Shown: piece by piece, positions 18,240 to 29,374 of the stretch
Position numbering within the stretch: position 1 is the first letter of the stretch
How the letters are laid out: every line of letters begins with the position of its first letter
Source of the DNA: Candidatus Eremiobacteria bacterium
Lineage (GTDB): Bacteria; Vulcanimicrobiota; Vulcanimicrobiia; Vulcanimicrobiales; Vulcanimicrobiaceae
DNA length: 64,000 nt
Assembly (NCBI GenBank): GCA_963758295.1
Contig: CAVWUU010000004.1
Span: forward strand, 256,001-320,000
Direction: 5' to 3'
Translations under genes and position numbers: made by a program
The notes under the pieces: model-generated
The model's input: only the letters and a program-made list of their open reading frames with translations
Told to the model about the DNA's origin: nothing
Database searches by the model: none

Positions 18240-20870
18240 ATGACCGTCAGACCCGAAATCGCCGAACTTCCTAAGACCTACGATCCCAAAGCCGTCGAAC
18301 CGCGACTCTATGAGTGGTGGGAAAATAGCGGCTTCTTTCACGAGGATCCGGACCCGGCGCGGCCGCCGTTCATTATTCCGATGCCGCCGCCCAACGTCAC
18401 GGGCCGCGCGCATCTCGGGCACGGGTCGACGTACACACCGATGGACGTGCTCACCCGCTACCGGCGAATGCTCGGTGACAACGCCGACTGGCTTCCGGGA
18501 CTCGACCACGCAGCCATTGCGACCGAAGCCGTGCTCGTCCGCGAGTTATCGAAGGAAGGCGTCGCCCGGGACGAGCTCGGCCGCGAAGGCTTCGTCGAGC
18601 GGGCCTGGGACTGGTCGCGCACGTATGGCGGCACGATCGACGACCAGTTTCGCCGGCTCGGGTTTGGGCCCGATTGGCAGCGGTCGCGCTTCACTATGGA
18701 CGAAGGCTTGTCTGCGGCGGTTCGCAAGGTCTTCGTAAGCCTCTATCGCGAGGGACTCGTCTATCGCGGCAAGCGCTTGATCAATTGGGATCCTAAGGGA
18801 AAGACGACCGTTTCGGACGCCGAGGTCGATCACGTCGAACGTGATTCGTTTCTCTGGCACGTGAAGTATCCGGCGGCGGACAGCTCGTTTTTCATCGAGA
18901 TCGCTACGACGCGGCCTGAAACGATGTTGGGTGACGTCGCCATTGCCGTCCATCCCGAAGACGAACGCTATGCCGGGCTCATCGGGAAGACGGTGTTGTT
19001 GCCGCCGTTACTGCAACGGCAAATTCCGATCGTCGCCGATTCGGCCGTCGAGCGCGACTTCGGCACGGGCGCGGTGAAAGTGACGCCCGCGCACGACGCA
19101 ACCGACTATGAGATCGGTCTGCGACACGAACTGCCGATGCCGTCGATCATCGATTTCGACGCGCGCATCACCGGCGCGGACTTACCGGTCGGGAAATACG
19201 AAGGGATGGAGCGCTACGAAGCGCGCAAAGCGATCGTCGAAGATCTGCGTGCCGGCGGCTTTCTCGTAAAGGAAGATGCCTATCGCCATGCCGTTGCCGT
19301 AAGCGAACGGACCGGCGACGTCATCGAACCGCTGCTTTCGCTTCAGTGGTTCGTGAAAATGCGTCCGCTGGCTGAGCCCGCGCTCAAGGCGTACCACGAC
19401 GGGAGGCTGCAATTCGTTCCCGAGCGTTACGGACGCACGTACGAGCAGTGGCTGGAAAACATCCGCGACTGGAACGTTTCCCGCCAGCTCTGGTGGGGTC
19501 ATCAATTGCCCGTTTGGTACACCGCGGCGGGCGACGTCGTGGTTGCGGAAACCGAAGAAGAAGCCTTCGCCATGGCGGAGCAGCGTTTCGGCACGCGCGA
19601 ATTAACGCGCGATCCCGACACGCTGGACACGTGGTTTTCCAGCGCACTCTGGCCTTTCTCGATTCTCGGTTGGCCCGAAAAGACACCCGAACTCGAATGC
19701 TGGTATCCGGCGCAAGTGCTCATGACGGGCTGGGAAATCATCTTCCTTTGGGTCGCGCGCATGGTGATGCTTGGCCTGCATTTCATGGGTGAAGTCCCGT
19801 TCCCCAAAGTCTTCGTTGCGCCGCTCGTATTCGACGCGCAAGGCCGCAAGATGTCGAAGTCGCTCGGCAATGCGATCGATCCGCTCGATCTCGTGGAGCG
19901 TTACGGCGCCGACGCGTTCCGGATGGGCATGCTCCGGCAGATGCGGCTCGAGGGGCAGGAAATTCGTTTCCACGAGTCGCGCTGCGAAGAAGCGCGCAAC
20001 TTCAATAACAAGATTTGGAACGCCACGCGCTTTATTCTCGGCAACATTCCCGAGGGGCTTCCGCCCGCGCGCGTGCTTCCGAAAACGGAAGAGCTGACCG
20101 ACGCCGACCGTTGGATTCTCACGCGCTTGTACGACACTATCGAATCGATGACGGGATTGCTGGATTCGTTCGACTTCGGCAACGCGGCCGACACCATTTG
20201 GAAATTCGTCTGGCTGGAGTTCTGCGACTGGTATCTCGAAGCGACGAAAGTGCCCGAGAACCACGGTACTCGCGCCGCGGTGCTCTCGTTCGTGCTGAAC
20301 AACGCGATGCGGCTCTTGCATCCGATTGCGCCGTTTATAAGCGAAGAAGTTTGGCTTGTCGCTCCCGCATGACGGTGCGACAATCATGACGTCTGCATGG
20401 CCCGACAAATTCGAAGTGCCCGTCGACCGGGAAGCTGCTGCCGTGCTTCGAGGCGCACATGGCCGCGGCCGAGTCGATTCGGCGGCAACGCCAGGAGTTG
20501 AACTTGCCGCCGTCCGAGCGTCCGAAGACGCGCGTGCCGGCGGATACGCCCGAACGCATGCTGAACGCGCTTCGCGCATATACCGCTCCGGCGGCCGGCG
20601 CAAGTATCGTCGTCGATCCGTCGATCGCGGGCGGCATCAACGGCATCATCGTCGACGCGCCTCGCGAGATGCTCTTGGAACGCTATCGTAAAGACGCTAA
20701 GCGTCTTGCGCAGCGAAGTGGAACGTGGCGAAAAGAAGCTCGGCAACGAGCAGTTCATTGCCAAGGCCGCGCCCGACGTCATTGCGAAAGAGCGCGAAAA
20801 GCTCGACGGGTACCGCAATGAACTCGTGCGCGTACAAGAAGCCTTATCAGCTATGGGAGAGTCCGCATGA
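18240..20870 (+). CDS. valS: Valine--tRNA ligase (three apparent +1 frameshifts near 20357, 20445, 20707)
   Basis: PPPNVTGRAHLGH, GTGAVKVTPAHD, DTWFSSALWP, KMSKS; C-terminal arm (KKLGNEQFIAKAAPDVIAKEREKL) continues in shifted frames to TGA 20870. Confidence 0.95.
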
Positions 20871-21409
20871 CCACCGCCGAACAGCAGCGCGTTCTCATCG
20901 GCAGCGACGAGATCGGCCGCACGATCGCTCGTCTTGCACATCAGATCCTTGAGCCGGAAGATGCGCAGGGCGGCATTGTCCTCATCGGCATCCGCCGCGG
21001 CGGCGAAGCACTCGCGCGGCGTCTGGCCGCACAGATCGAGTCGATCAGCGGTAAAGCTCCCGCGCTTGGTTTTCTAAATATCAATCTCTATCGCGACGAT
21101 CGCGTCACGCATGAGATGCCGGAGTCGCAGATTCCCGTCGACATCAACGGCCGTCTCGTGGTCGTCGTCGACGACGTCCTTTTCACGGGTCGCACGATTC
21201 GTGCCGCGCTCGACGCGGTAACCGATTTGGGGCGTCCCGCTGCCATTCGTCTTTGCGTCTTCATCGATCGCGGCTTACGCGAACTTCCGGTGCAAGCCGA
21301 TTATGTCGGCCGTTTCCTCCCGACGAGCCGGCGCGAGCGCATTGAGGTATCGCTCTCGGCTGAAGCGACGGCAAGCGACGAGGTTGCAATCCTTGCGAAC
21401 GCGACGTAG
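20867..21409 (+). CDS. pyrR: Pyrimidine operon regulator / UPRTase PyrR
   Basis: LYRDD, VVDDVLFTGRTIRAALDA, DRGLRELPVQADYVG. Confidence 0.93.
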   Translation: MTTAEQQRVLIGSDEIGRTIARLAHQILEPEDAQGGIVLIGIRRGGEALARRLAAQIESISGKAPALGFLNINLYRDDRVTHEMPESQIPVDINGRLVVVVDDVLFTGRTIRAALDAVTDLGRPAAIRLCVFIDRGLRELPVQADYVGRFLPTSRRERIEVSLSAEATASDEVAILANAT

Positions 21410-22301
21410 CCTCGTCGATCTCGACGACCTCACCGGTGAAGAACTCCGGTATATCTTTGAGCGGACCCGTGAATTCGAGGGGAACCCGCCGGGCCGTCTC
21501 CTCGATAACATTGCGGTGGTCAATCTGTTTTTCGAAACAAGCACGCGCACGTTCACGTCTTTCAACCTCGCCGAAATGCGTCTCGGCGCGCACGTCGTTA
21601 ATCTCTCGCCCGAAGAACTCAGCCTCGCCAAAGGCGAAACGATTGAAGATACCGCACTGACGCTCGGTGCGATGGGCGTATCGGCAATCGTCGTGCGGCA
21701 TTCGGAAGCGGGGTTTCCCGACCGGCTTTCCACGGCGTTCGACGGCCACATTATCAACGCCGGAGACGGCGCGCGCGCCCATCCGACGCAAGCGCTGCTC
21801 GATATTTACACCCTTCGTGAAGAATTCGGTTCGGTGCAGGGACGTCGCGTCGCCATTGTCGGCGACATCTTGCATTCTCGCGTCGCGCACTCGACGATTG
21901 CCGGCCTAAAACATATCGGCGCCGAGGTTGTGCTCGTCGGCCCCGATTTCTTCCTACCGTCGGATTACGCGCGTAACGGCGTTCAAATCGTCCGCGATCT
22001 GGACGACGTAATCGGCAACGTCGACGCGATCGTCCTGCTGCGTATCCAACGCGAACGCTTTGCCGCGATGCCGATGACCGACGAGGAGTACGTGCGCCGT
22101 TATCAGCTAAACGCGGCGCGATTGGACAACGTGCCCGAGCAGACGATCGTCATGCATCCCGGTCCATTCAATCGCGGAATGGAACTCGACGACACCGTGC
22201 TGCAGTTCGCGGGATGGCGCTACGCCATGCAAGTGCGCCACGGTGTGTACATACGCATGGCCGTCCTCGACTTTCTGGTCAACGGCCGCGCAATATGCTG
22301 A
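21393..22301 (+). CDS. pyrB: Aspartate carbamoyltransferase catalytic subunit
   Basis: FFETSTRT, NAGDG..HPTQALLD, GDILHSRVA, MHPGP; probable TTG start at 21393. Confidence 0.95.
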   Translation: MRTRRSLVDLDDLTGEELRYIFERTREFEGNPPGRLLDNIAVVNLFFETSTRTFTSFNLAEMRLGAHVVNLSPEELSLAKGETIEDTALTLGAMGVSAIVVRHSEAGFPDRLSTAFDGHIINAGDGARAHPTQALLDIYTLREEFGSVQGRRVAIVGDILHSRVAHSTIAGLKHIGAEVVLVGPDFFLPSDYARNGVQIVRDLDDVIGNVDAIVLLRIQRERFAAMPMTDEEYVRRYQLNAARLDNVPEQTIVMHPGPFNRGMELDDTVLQFAGWRYAMQVRHGVYIRMAVLDFLVNGRAIC

Positions 22302-23566
22302 TCCGCGGCGGGCGCCTCGTCGACCCGTCGGGACCTATCGATGCCATGCGCGACCTGCGCTTGGATCGCGGCGTCGTCGTGGAAATCGGCGAGCATCTGC
22401 AGCCGCGCGAGAATGAAGAGGTGCTCGAAGCCGCGGGGTGTATCGTTGCGCCGGGCTTCATCGACATGCACGTGCATCTGCGCGAGCCGGGATTTCCGGA
22501 AAAAGAAACGATTGCGAGCGGCACCGAAGCGGCCGTGCGCGGAGGTTTTACCGGGGTTGCGTGCATGCCGAATACGAATCCGGCCCTTGACGATCCGGCG
22601 GTTCTGGAACAACTCTTTGGATTGATTGCGGAACACGGCCGGAGCCGGGTCTACCCGATCGGCGCTATCACGCGCGCCCGCAAGGGCGAGGAGCCCTGCG
22701 ATTTCAAAGCGCTCGCCCGTTCGGGCGCCGTCGGTTTCTCCGACGACGGCAACACGGTGATGAATGCGCGCGTGTTGCGAGAGGCAGCGCTTGAGGCGCT
22801 GGACGTCCCCGGGGTCTTTATTTCGCACGCTGAGGACGAACATCTCAAAGGCAATGCGGTCATGCACGCCGGATCGGTCGCGCGCGAACTCGGCGTACCC
22901 GGCAGCCCCGCGGTCGCTGAAGACATCATCGTTGCACGCGATTTGCTCATCGGCATGGAAACGGGCAAAGCTTGGCACATCGCTCACCTTTCCACGCACG
23001 GCGCGCTAGAGCAAGTGCTGCATGCACGCGCGCACGGTGGAACGGCGACATGTGAGGTGACGCCGCATCATTTGCTCCTGACCGACGAAACGGTCCGCGA
23101 ACGCGGCGCCGAAGGCAAAGTTAATCCGCCGCTTCGAACCGAGGATGATGCGCGCGTTCTGCGCGACGCCGTTCGCGACGGCACGGTCGACGTTTTCGCC
23201 ACCGATCATGCGCCGCACACCGAGGCGGAGAAAGCGGGCGATCTGCGGGTTGCCGCGGTCGGCTTTACCGGACTCGAAGTCGCCGTAGGTGCTTACGCGC
23301 TCGCGATTCCCGATTTGCCGCTGCTGCAATTCGTGGCGTTGCTTTCGACGAATCCGGCGAAGGTTTTGGGTGTCCCGGGTGGGTCGCTTGCAGTAGGTTC
23401 GCCGGCCGACGTTACGATTTTTGCGGACCGGGAGTGGACCGTCGACCCGTCGCGTTTTGCTTCGAAAGGGAAAGCGACGCCGTTTTCTGGACGAACGCTG
23501 CCGCGAAGAGCCGTCATGACCATCGTTAACGGCGAGTTGCGTTTCAAGGATTCGCTGGAGCGTTAG
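22295..23566 (+). CDS. pyrC: Dihydroorotase
   Basis: DMHVHLREPG, MPNTNP, EVTPHHL, KVNPPLR, ATDHAPH. Confidence 0.95.
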   Translation: MLIRGGRLVDPSGPIDAMRDLRLDRGVVVEIGEHLQPRENEEVLEAAGCIVAPGFIDMHVHLREPGFPEKETIASGTEAAVRGGFTGVACMPNTNPALDDPAVLEQLFGLIAEHGRSRVYPIGAITRARKGEEPCDFKALARSGAVGFSDDGNTVMNARVLREAALEALDVPGVFISHAEDEHLKGNAVMHAGSVARELGVPGSPAVAEDIIVARDLLIGMETGKAWHIAHLSTHGALEQVLHARAHGGTATCEVTPHHLLLTDETVRERGAEGKVNPPLRTEDDARVLRDAVRDGTVDVFATDHAPHTEAEKAGDLRVAAVGFTGLEVAVGAYALAIPDLPLLQFVALLSTNPAKVLGVPGGSLAVGSPADVTIFADREWTVDPSRFASKGKATPFSGRTLPRRAVMTIVNGELRFKDSLER

Positions 23567-23587
23567 TTCCAGCCGTCGTGCGGGTAT
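23562..23587 (+). promoter_or_regulatory. Candidate SigB/SigF-type promoter GTTA-N16-GGGTAT
   Basis: Resembles GTTT-N15/17-GGGTA consensus; lies upstream of the hemerythrin-domain gene. Confidence 0.45.
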
Positions 23588-23623
23588 TTCGCTTTCGAAA
23601 CACTACTACGTACGAGGATCGAT

Positions 23624-24091
23624 ATGGATGCCATTCGGCTGTTGAAAACCGACCATAAGGAAGTCGAAAGCCTCTTCAAAGAGTTAGAGGGCCTTTCGGA
23701 CAACGCGAAGGCGAGTCGCAAAAAATTGTTCGATCAAATCGATCGAGCGCTCACCATTCATTCGGAAATCGAGGAAAAGATCTTCTATCCCGCGGTCAAG
23801 GCGCGCACGGGACGCGATAAAGAGGCGAAGCAAGAAGTTCTCGAGGCGTACGAAGAGCACGACAACGTGAAGAACATGTTGAAGAAGCTTGAAGAGACCG
23901 AGCCTTCGGATGAAACGTACAAAGCAAAATTGCAAGTCTTGCACGAGCTGGTAAAGCACCACGTGAAAGAAGAAGAACGCGAACTTTTCCCGGAAGCAAA
24001 AGGCCTTCTGGACGCCGATGAACTCGAAGAGCTCGGCGAGCAGATGGAAAACGCGAAAGCCTCACAGGGCGCCCGGAAGTCCAAACGCTAA
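23624..24091 (+). CDS. Hemerythrin (HHE) domain protein
   Basis: MDAIRLLKTDH, HSEIEEKIFYP, EEH, HHVKEEERELFP. Confidence 0.9.
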   Translation: MDAIRLLKTDHKEVESLFKELEGLSDNAKASRKKLFDQIDRALTIHSEIEEKIFYPAVKARTGRDKEAKQEVLEAYEEHDNVKNMLKKLEETEPSDETYKAKLQVLHELVKHHVKEEERELFPEAKGLLDADELEELGEQMENAKASQGARKSKR

Positions 24092-24099
24092 AGACGGTC

Positions 24100-24732
24100 C
24101 TATCGATGCAAGAGCGGGGTCTGCACTAGCCCGTTAATTACGAACTGCACGGCGAGCGCGGCAAGAATTATGCCGAGGACGCGCGTGACGACGTGAATGC
24201 CCGTCGTCCCGATGCGATGCATGTATTTTGCCGCGCCGCGCATGCAGCCCCACGTGATAGCGAGCGCAACGACGTACGCCATGAATACGCTTACGTAGCG
24301 CATGACCTCGCCGTGGCACAGATTTACGAGCAACATCACCGTAGCGATCGTTCCGGGACCGGAGATCATGGGAATTGCCAGCGGGAAGACGGCCGGATTT
24401 TCGCCCGTCTGCGCTTCACGCTCCTCGTCCGTCGTTGCGCGCGCGCCGGTGGGCCGCGCGAAAAGCATGTCGATGGCAATCAAGAAGAGTAAGATGCCGC
24501 CTGCGATACCGAACGCCGGAAGCGTGATCCCCAGGTACCCGAGTACGGCTGGACCGACGATCCCCATCACCAGCATTACAATCGCGGCAACGAGTACGGC
24601 TTGGTCGACGACTCGCTTGCGCCGCACAGCCTCGCAATTCGCCGTCGTAGTCAGCGTTAGGGGAACCATGCCGATGGGATCGATAATAGTGAGTGCCGTC
24701 GCGAAGGCCGTCGCGGCAAAGTGCCAGTCCAT
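24100..24732 (-). CDS. MarC family membrane protein
   Basis: IDPIG, FGIAGGILLF, FPLAIPMISGPG, TRVLGIILAALAVQF. Confidence 0.92.
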   Translation of the reverse strand: MDWHFAATAFATALTIIDPIGMVPLTLTTTANCEAVRRKRVVDQAVLVAAIVMLVMGIVGPAVLGYLGITLPAFGIAGGILLFLIAIDMLFARPTGARATTDEEREAQTGENPAVFPLAIPMISGPGTIATVMLLVNLCHGEVMRYVSVFMAYVVALAITWGCMRGAAKYMHRIGTTGIHVVTRVLGIILAALAVQFVINGLVQTPLLHR

Positions 24733-24791
24733 TGTGCGACCGTTATTTCCAGGTGCTCGCCGGCCCTTCGGCTAACAGCGGAGCCTTCAGG

Positions 24792-25871
24792 ATGACAACG
24801 CCTGCAGCGCTCTTTTTGGCCGACGGCTCACGCTTCGACGGCTATGGCTTAAGCTACGAGGGAATCGCCCTCGGTGAAGCCGTTTTTTACACCGGAATGA
24901 CCGGATACGAAGAGGCCCTTACCGACCCGTCGTACGCCGGGCAGATTCTTACTTTTACTTATCCGCTCGTCGGGAACTACGGGATCTCGGGCGCCGCAGC
25001 TCAATACGAGCGCGGTTGCGTTGCGGGCGCCGTGATGAAGCAAATCGCCCGGCACCCGTCGCACTATCTTAGCCGCGAGTCGTTGCCCGATTGGCTCGAC
25101 CATCAGCGCATTCCGACGCTCGTCGGAGCCGATACGCGCGCAATCACGATTGCGCTTCGCGAACACGGCACCATCTTGGCGGCGCTTGCCGTCGGAAACG
25201 AGGCGCTTGAGAAGGCCGAACGCGACCTTGCTGCTTACACGCGAGTCGCAACCACGAAAGAACTCGTGCCGAGCGTGGCGGCGCGTGGCCGCCATACCGA
25301 AGGCACGCCCGGCGGACGCCGTGTAACGCTCATCGATTGCGGCGTGAAACGGGCGATTTTGCGGGAGCTCACGGCGCTTGGTACGGAAGTTACCGTCGTT
25401 CCCTACAATGCATCAGAGTCCGAACTGCTCGAAGGCAATCCGGACGCGATTTTTATTTCGCCCGGGCCCGGCGACCCCACCGATCTGCCGGAAACGATCG
25501 CAACGTTGCGCAACTTGGTAGGCCGCAAGCCCCTCTTCGGCGTGTGCCTAGGACACCAGCTGCTTGCGCTCGCGTGCGGCGCACAGACGTATAAGTTGCC
25601 CTACGGGCATCGCGGCGGAAATCAGCCGGTTAAGGATCACACGCACGACGAAGTGCTGATCACCGCGCACAACCACGGATACGCGGTTGATGCGACGTCG
25701 ATGCCCCGCGATCTGGAAGCGACCATGACCAACCTGAACGACGGCACGAACGAAGGGTTCCGCCATCGCACCTTGCCGATTGCGGCCGTTCAATTCCATC
25801 CGGAAGCTTCTCCGGGCCCGTTCGACGCGCGGCGCCTCTTCGCTGAATGGCTTTCAAACCTGTCCTCATAG
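24792..25871 (+). CDS. carA: Carbamoyl-phosphate synthase small subunit
   Basis: TGMTGYEEALTDPSYAGQI, SPGPGDP, GVCLGHQ, VQFHPEASPGP. Confidence 0.96.
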   Translation: MTTPAALFLADGSRFDGYGLSYEGIALGEAVFYTGMTGYEEALTDPSYAGQILTFTYPLVGNYGISGAAAQYERGCVAGAVMKQIARHPSHYLSRESLPDWLDHQRIPTLVGADTRAITIALREHGTILAALAVGNEALEKAERDLAAYTRVATTKELVPSVAARGRHTEGTPGGRRVTLIDCGVKRAILRELTALGTEVTVVPYNASESELLEGNPDAIFISPGPGDPTDLPETIATLRNLVGRKPLFGVCLGHQLLALACGAQTYKLPYGHRGGNQPVKDHTHDEVLITAHNHGYAVDATSMPRDLEATMTNLNDGTNEGFRHRTLPIAAVQFHPEASPGPFDARRLFAEWLSNLSS

Positions 25872-26747
25872 AAGCGGTTGCGTGCAGCGTCCTAGCCGGC
25901 TTGCTGGGCGTTGTGCTGGCCGCGCCGGCGCAGGCACAGGCGCTGCAACGGCTTACGGTAAGCAACTTTGCGCTTTCGGCCGACGCACCGTCGCCCAAAC
26001 TCGAGCAGCCGTTTCATCTGATCGTGACGGTTCACGTCAAGCAACAAGTGGCTACGCTCGAAAATCTCGATCTGCCGATTCTCGCGGAGCTCGAACTGCT
26101 CGGCGACGAACGTCGCATCACGCGTGATGCGTCCGGTACGACGTATCGTGAGAACATTACGGTTATTGCGCATCACACCGGCGCGATTCATATCGCGCCG
26201 GCGACGCTAGACGCCGTCGACGCGCGCGACGGAAAAGCCAAGCGGTTTTTTTCGAACGATTTGACCGTTAACGTCTCCGGCGGCGCGCTGCAACCGCTGC
26301 GCGAAGCCGGCAACGCCGCCGGGGCCGTGCTGCGTGCGGGGCTTACGATCGCCTTTTGGATCGCTTGTCTCGCGGCCGCAGCGTTTGTTGCGATCACCGT
26401 CTACCGGCGCCGCCGGGCGCCCGTTGCAACAACAGTCAGGTCTTACGTCGCCCCGCCGCCTTTGCCGCCCGTGCGAGCGTGCGCGCGAGTATTTACGCGA
26501 TGGGCTTCTTGCTTTGCGCGCGGAACGTTCCCGCCGCACGGCGGTAGACGTGCGCGCAGTGGCTCGTGAAATGGTCGGCGCTAACGAAACAGAAACGCTC
26601 GGCGACGTTTTGCGGCGTCCCGGCGCGCAAGATGCTCGTATGAGGAGCGTGCTCGTGGCGCTCGAGCGCGCCGCATTCACTTATGATACCGATCTGCCCG
26701 CTGCTATCGATAATGCGATCGCGGCTTTGGAGCACGCTCTGGAATGA
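25847..26747 (+). CDS. BatD-like membrane protein of MoxR operon (apparent frameshift near 26474)
   Basis: Signal peptide, Ig-like BatD segment (GAIHIAPATL), TM helix, Pro-rich linker; C-terminus continues in frame of 26334..26747 and overlaps the moxR start. Confidence 0.6.
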
Positions 26748-27676
26748 TGACGTCCGCGCGTCCGCAGCAACTCGCATCGGCGCTTTCCGAAACGATCGTC
26801 GGCCAACACGGCGTGATTGAAGGGCTGCTTCTTGGCTTGATAGCGAACGGCCACGTCCTGCTCGAAGGACCGCCGGGTCTGGCGAAGACGCTGGCGTGCC
26901 GCGCGCTGGCGGCAGCGCTCGAAGGCGAATTCAAGCGCGTGCAATTTACGCCCGATTTGCTGCCAAGCGATATCGTCGGCACGCGCATTTTCGATCAGCG
27001 CGAGTCGAATTTTTCAACGGTACTCGGTCCAATCTTTGCCAACGTCGTGCTCGCCGACGAAATTAACCGGGCTCCGGCAAAAGTGCAGTCCGCTCTCCTG
27101 GAGGCGATGCAAGAGCGCCAGGTGACGATCGGACCGGAAACGCACCCGCTGCCCGATCCGTTCATCGTTATGGCGACGATGAATCCGCTTGATTCCGAAG
27201 GAACGTACGCGCTCCCCGTGGCGCAAATGGATCGATTTCTGCTCAAGGTCGACGTTGGATATCCCTCACGCGAAGAGGAACGCCGCATCCTGGAGCGCTT
27301 TGCGATTGCGGACATGCACCCGGTAGAGGCGGTCGCAACGTTGGCCGACGTGCGCGCGTGGCGGCAAGAAGCGCGACGCGTACACTTGGACGAGAAGCTT
27401 AAGCACTACATCGTCGAGTTAGTGTCCTCTACGCGCGAAAACGAACGCACGTACATCGACTTCGGTGCGAGTCCGCGAGCTACGCTCGCGATTGCCAATC
27501 TTTCGCGAGCGAAGGCGCTCTTGGAAGGCCGCGATTACGCGGTTCCCGATGACGTGCGCGCCATCGCGTCCGCGGCGTTGCGCCATCGGATCGGCTTCAA
27601 TTTCCGCGTGCTTACCGAAGGCGTCGGCTCGGCGGCGATCATCCAGCGGATCGTTGCGGCGGTGCCCGTGCCGTGA
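26744..27676 (+). CDS. MoxR-family AAA+ ATPase
   Basis: GHVLLEGPPGLAKT, RVQFTPDLLPSD, DEINRAPAKVQSALLEAMQE, GASPRA. Confidence 0.95.
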   Translation: MMTSARPQQLASALSETIVGQHGVIEGLLLGLIANGHVLLEGPPGLAKTLACRALAAALEGEFKRVQFTPDLLPSDIVGTRIFDQRESNFSTVLGPIFANVVLADEINRAPAKVQSALLEAMQERQVTIGPETHPLPDPFIVMATMNPLDSEGTYALPVAQMDRFLLKVDVGYPSREEERRILERFAIADMHPVEAVATLADVRAWRQEARRVHLDEKLKHYIVELVSSTRENERTYIDFGASPRATLAIANLSRAKALLEGRDYAVPDDVRAIASAALRHRIGFNFRVLTEGVGSAAIIQRIVAAVPVP

Positions 27677-28457
27677 CGTTACGCGAAGCGTTGTTGCGTG
27701 GCCGCCGGCGGCCGCATCGCTTCGGCGCCGGCTCCCCGACGATGTACCGCGGCGACGGCTATGAGTTCGTCGAACTTCGCGAATACGTGCCGGGTGACGA
27801 CGTGCGGCGCATCGATTGGGCCGCTACCGCGCGCGCGGGCGACTTGCAGACTCGGGTGGTGCTGGAAGACGTAGCACTTACGCTTGCGGCAATCGTTGAC
27901 GATTCGGCTTCGATGCGCGTTGGACGCAACCGGCCTTTGCTTGCTGCGGCGAAAGAGGCCGTTGAAACCTGGTTCGCGGTTGCAATGAGTAGTGATCGCT
28001 GCTTGCGCCTGGGCGCGAACGTCATCGCCCCGCCGCATGGCGAACTGGGCGTCGGCTTCGACCTTCGAGAAGCGCTGTCCACCGCTAGAGCTGCGCTCCA
28101 ACGAGGGACGGCATTACTGGCTGTCAGCGACTGGTACGATTTATCCGGCGAAGACGACACGCTGTTGCTGGAACTGGGGGTAAAGTTCGACTGCACGGCA
28201 CTGGTCGCGCGAGATCCATGGTATGACGGATTGCCGCTGGAGGGGTTCGTTCGGATTCGGGGCGCGGAAGGCGGCACAGTGCGCGCGTACGTGGGCAAAG
28301 CGGAACGCGAGCGCTTCGGAGCGGCGGTGCGCCACGCGAACGATCGATTCTCGAGCGGTTTGAACGCGCCGGTTGGCGCACGGGATTCCTCCATGAGCAG
28401 GACGGTGCCGGTTCCCTTTTCGAGACGTTCGGCATTCAGCGGAAGCGCGTGCGATGA
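27673..28457 (+). CDS. DUF58 domain protein (apparent -1 frameshift near 28333)
   Basis: GYEFVELREYVPGDDVRRIDWAATAR; alternative frame RERSILERFERAGW... ends at TGA 28457 overlapping the next ATG. Confidence 0.85.
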
Positions 28458-29374
28458 GGTTCGAACACATCGGCTGGCTCATCGCGGGGCTCATTATCAC
28501 GGCGCTCTTCGCATGGCTCTACGTACGCGCCGAACGCCGCAAGACGGCGAACGATCTTGCGTATTCCAACGTTGCGTTCTTCGTCGAAGCGGCACGCCCG
28601 CGGATGTGGATTCCGAATGCGCTGCGAGGCGGCATCATCGGCGCGTTGTTGCTCGCCACGGTCGGCTTGGCCGGGCCTCAACTCGTCTTGCCGGTCCCCG
28701 TACGCGACGGCTCGGTTTTTATCTGCATCGATACGTCGGGTTCGATGCAATCGACCGACGTCTCACCCACGCGAGCTGAAGCCGCCAAAGCCGCCGCACG
28801 CGCTTTTGTCGACGAGGCGCCTGCCGGAATCAAAATCGGCGTCATCGCATTTTCAACCGGTGCGTCGCTCGTTCAAGCGTTGAGCGCGGACCACGATGCG
28901 GTGCGCGCCGCGCTGGAGCAGGTTCCATCGCCGAACGGCGCGACCGCCATTGGCGACGCGTTACGGCTCGCCGCCGGGCAACTGCCCCCTGCGGGACACC
29001 GCGTCGTGATTTTGATTACCGACGGCGTAAACAACACGGGGGTCGATCCGCAGGAAATGGCGACCTATTTGGGAGCGCGCCACGTCCCGGTCTACACCGT
29101 GGGCATCGGCACGCCCAACGGCGACGTGATTCCGGGCACCGGAGAGCAAGCCTCGATCGATGAAGACGCTTTGCGCGAATATGCATCGGCAAGCGGGGGT
29201 GCGTACGCGCGCGCGGATAGCGCTTCGCAGCTTAAAACGGCACTTGCGCGTCTGGGACGGGTAACGTCTTTAGAACGCAAACGCGTTCCGGTGGAGACCG
29301 GATTTCTTGCGGCAGGGTTCGTGCTACTACTTGCAACAACGCTCGCCGGACTTGCCCTTGGGAGATATCCGTGA
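28454..29374 (+). CDS. VWA domain membrane protein (BatA-like)
   Basis: MIDAS DTSGSM, TAIGDAL, LITDG, YTVGIG; N- and C-terminal TM helices. Confidence 0.92.
   Translation: MRFEHIGWLIAGLIITALFAWLYVRAERRKTANDLAYSNVAFFVEAARPRMWIPNALRGGIIGALLLATVGLAGPQLVLPVPVRDGSVFICIDTSGSMQSTDVSPTRAEAAKAAARAFVDEAPAGIKIGVIAFSTGASLVQALSADHDAVRAALEQVPSPNGATAIGDALRLAAGQLPPAGHRVVILITDGVNNTGVDPQEMATYLGARHVPVYTVGIGTPNGDVIPGTGEQASIDEDALREYASASGGAYARADSASQLKTALARLGRVTSLERKRVPVETGFLAAGFVLLLATTLAGLALGRYP

Noticed and set aside
20356..20952. Separate small genes or a valS pseudogene
   Set aside because: The fragments are consecutive parts of the ValRS C-terminus; the gene is essential, so indel errors are more likely.
27673..28779. 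368-aa DUF58 ORF overlapping the VWA gene by 325 nt
   Set aside because: A one-base correction near 28333 gives a normal end at 28457 coupled to the VWA start.
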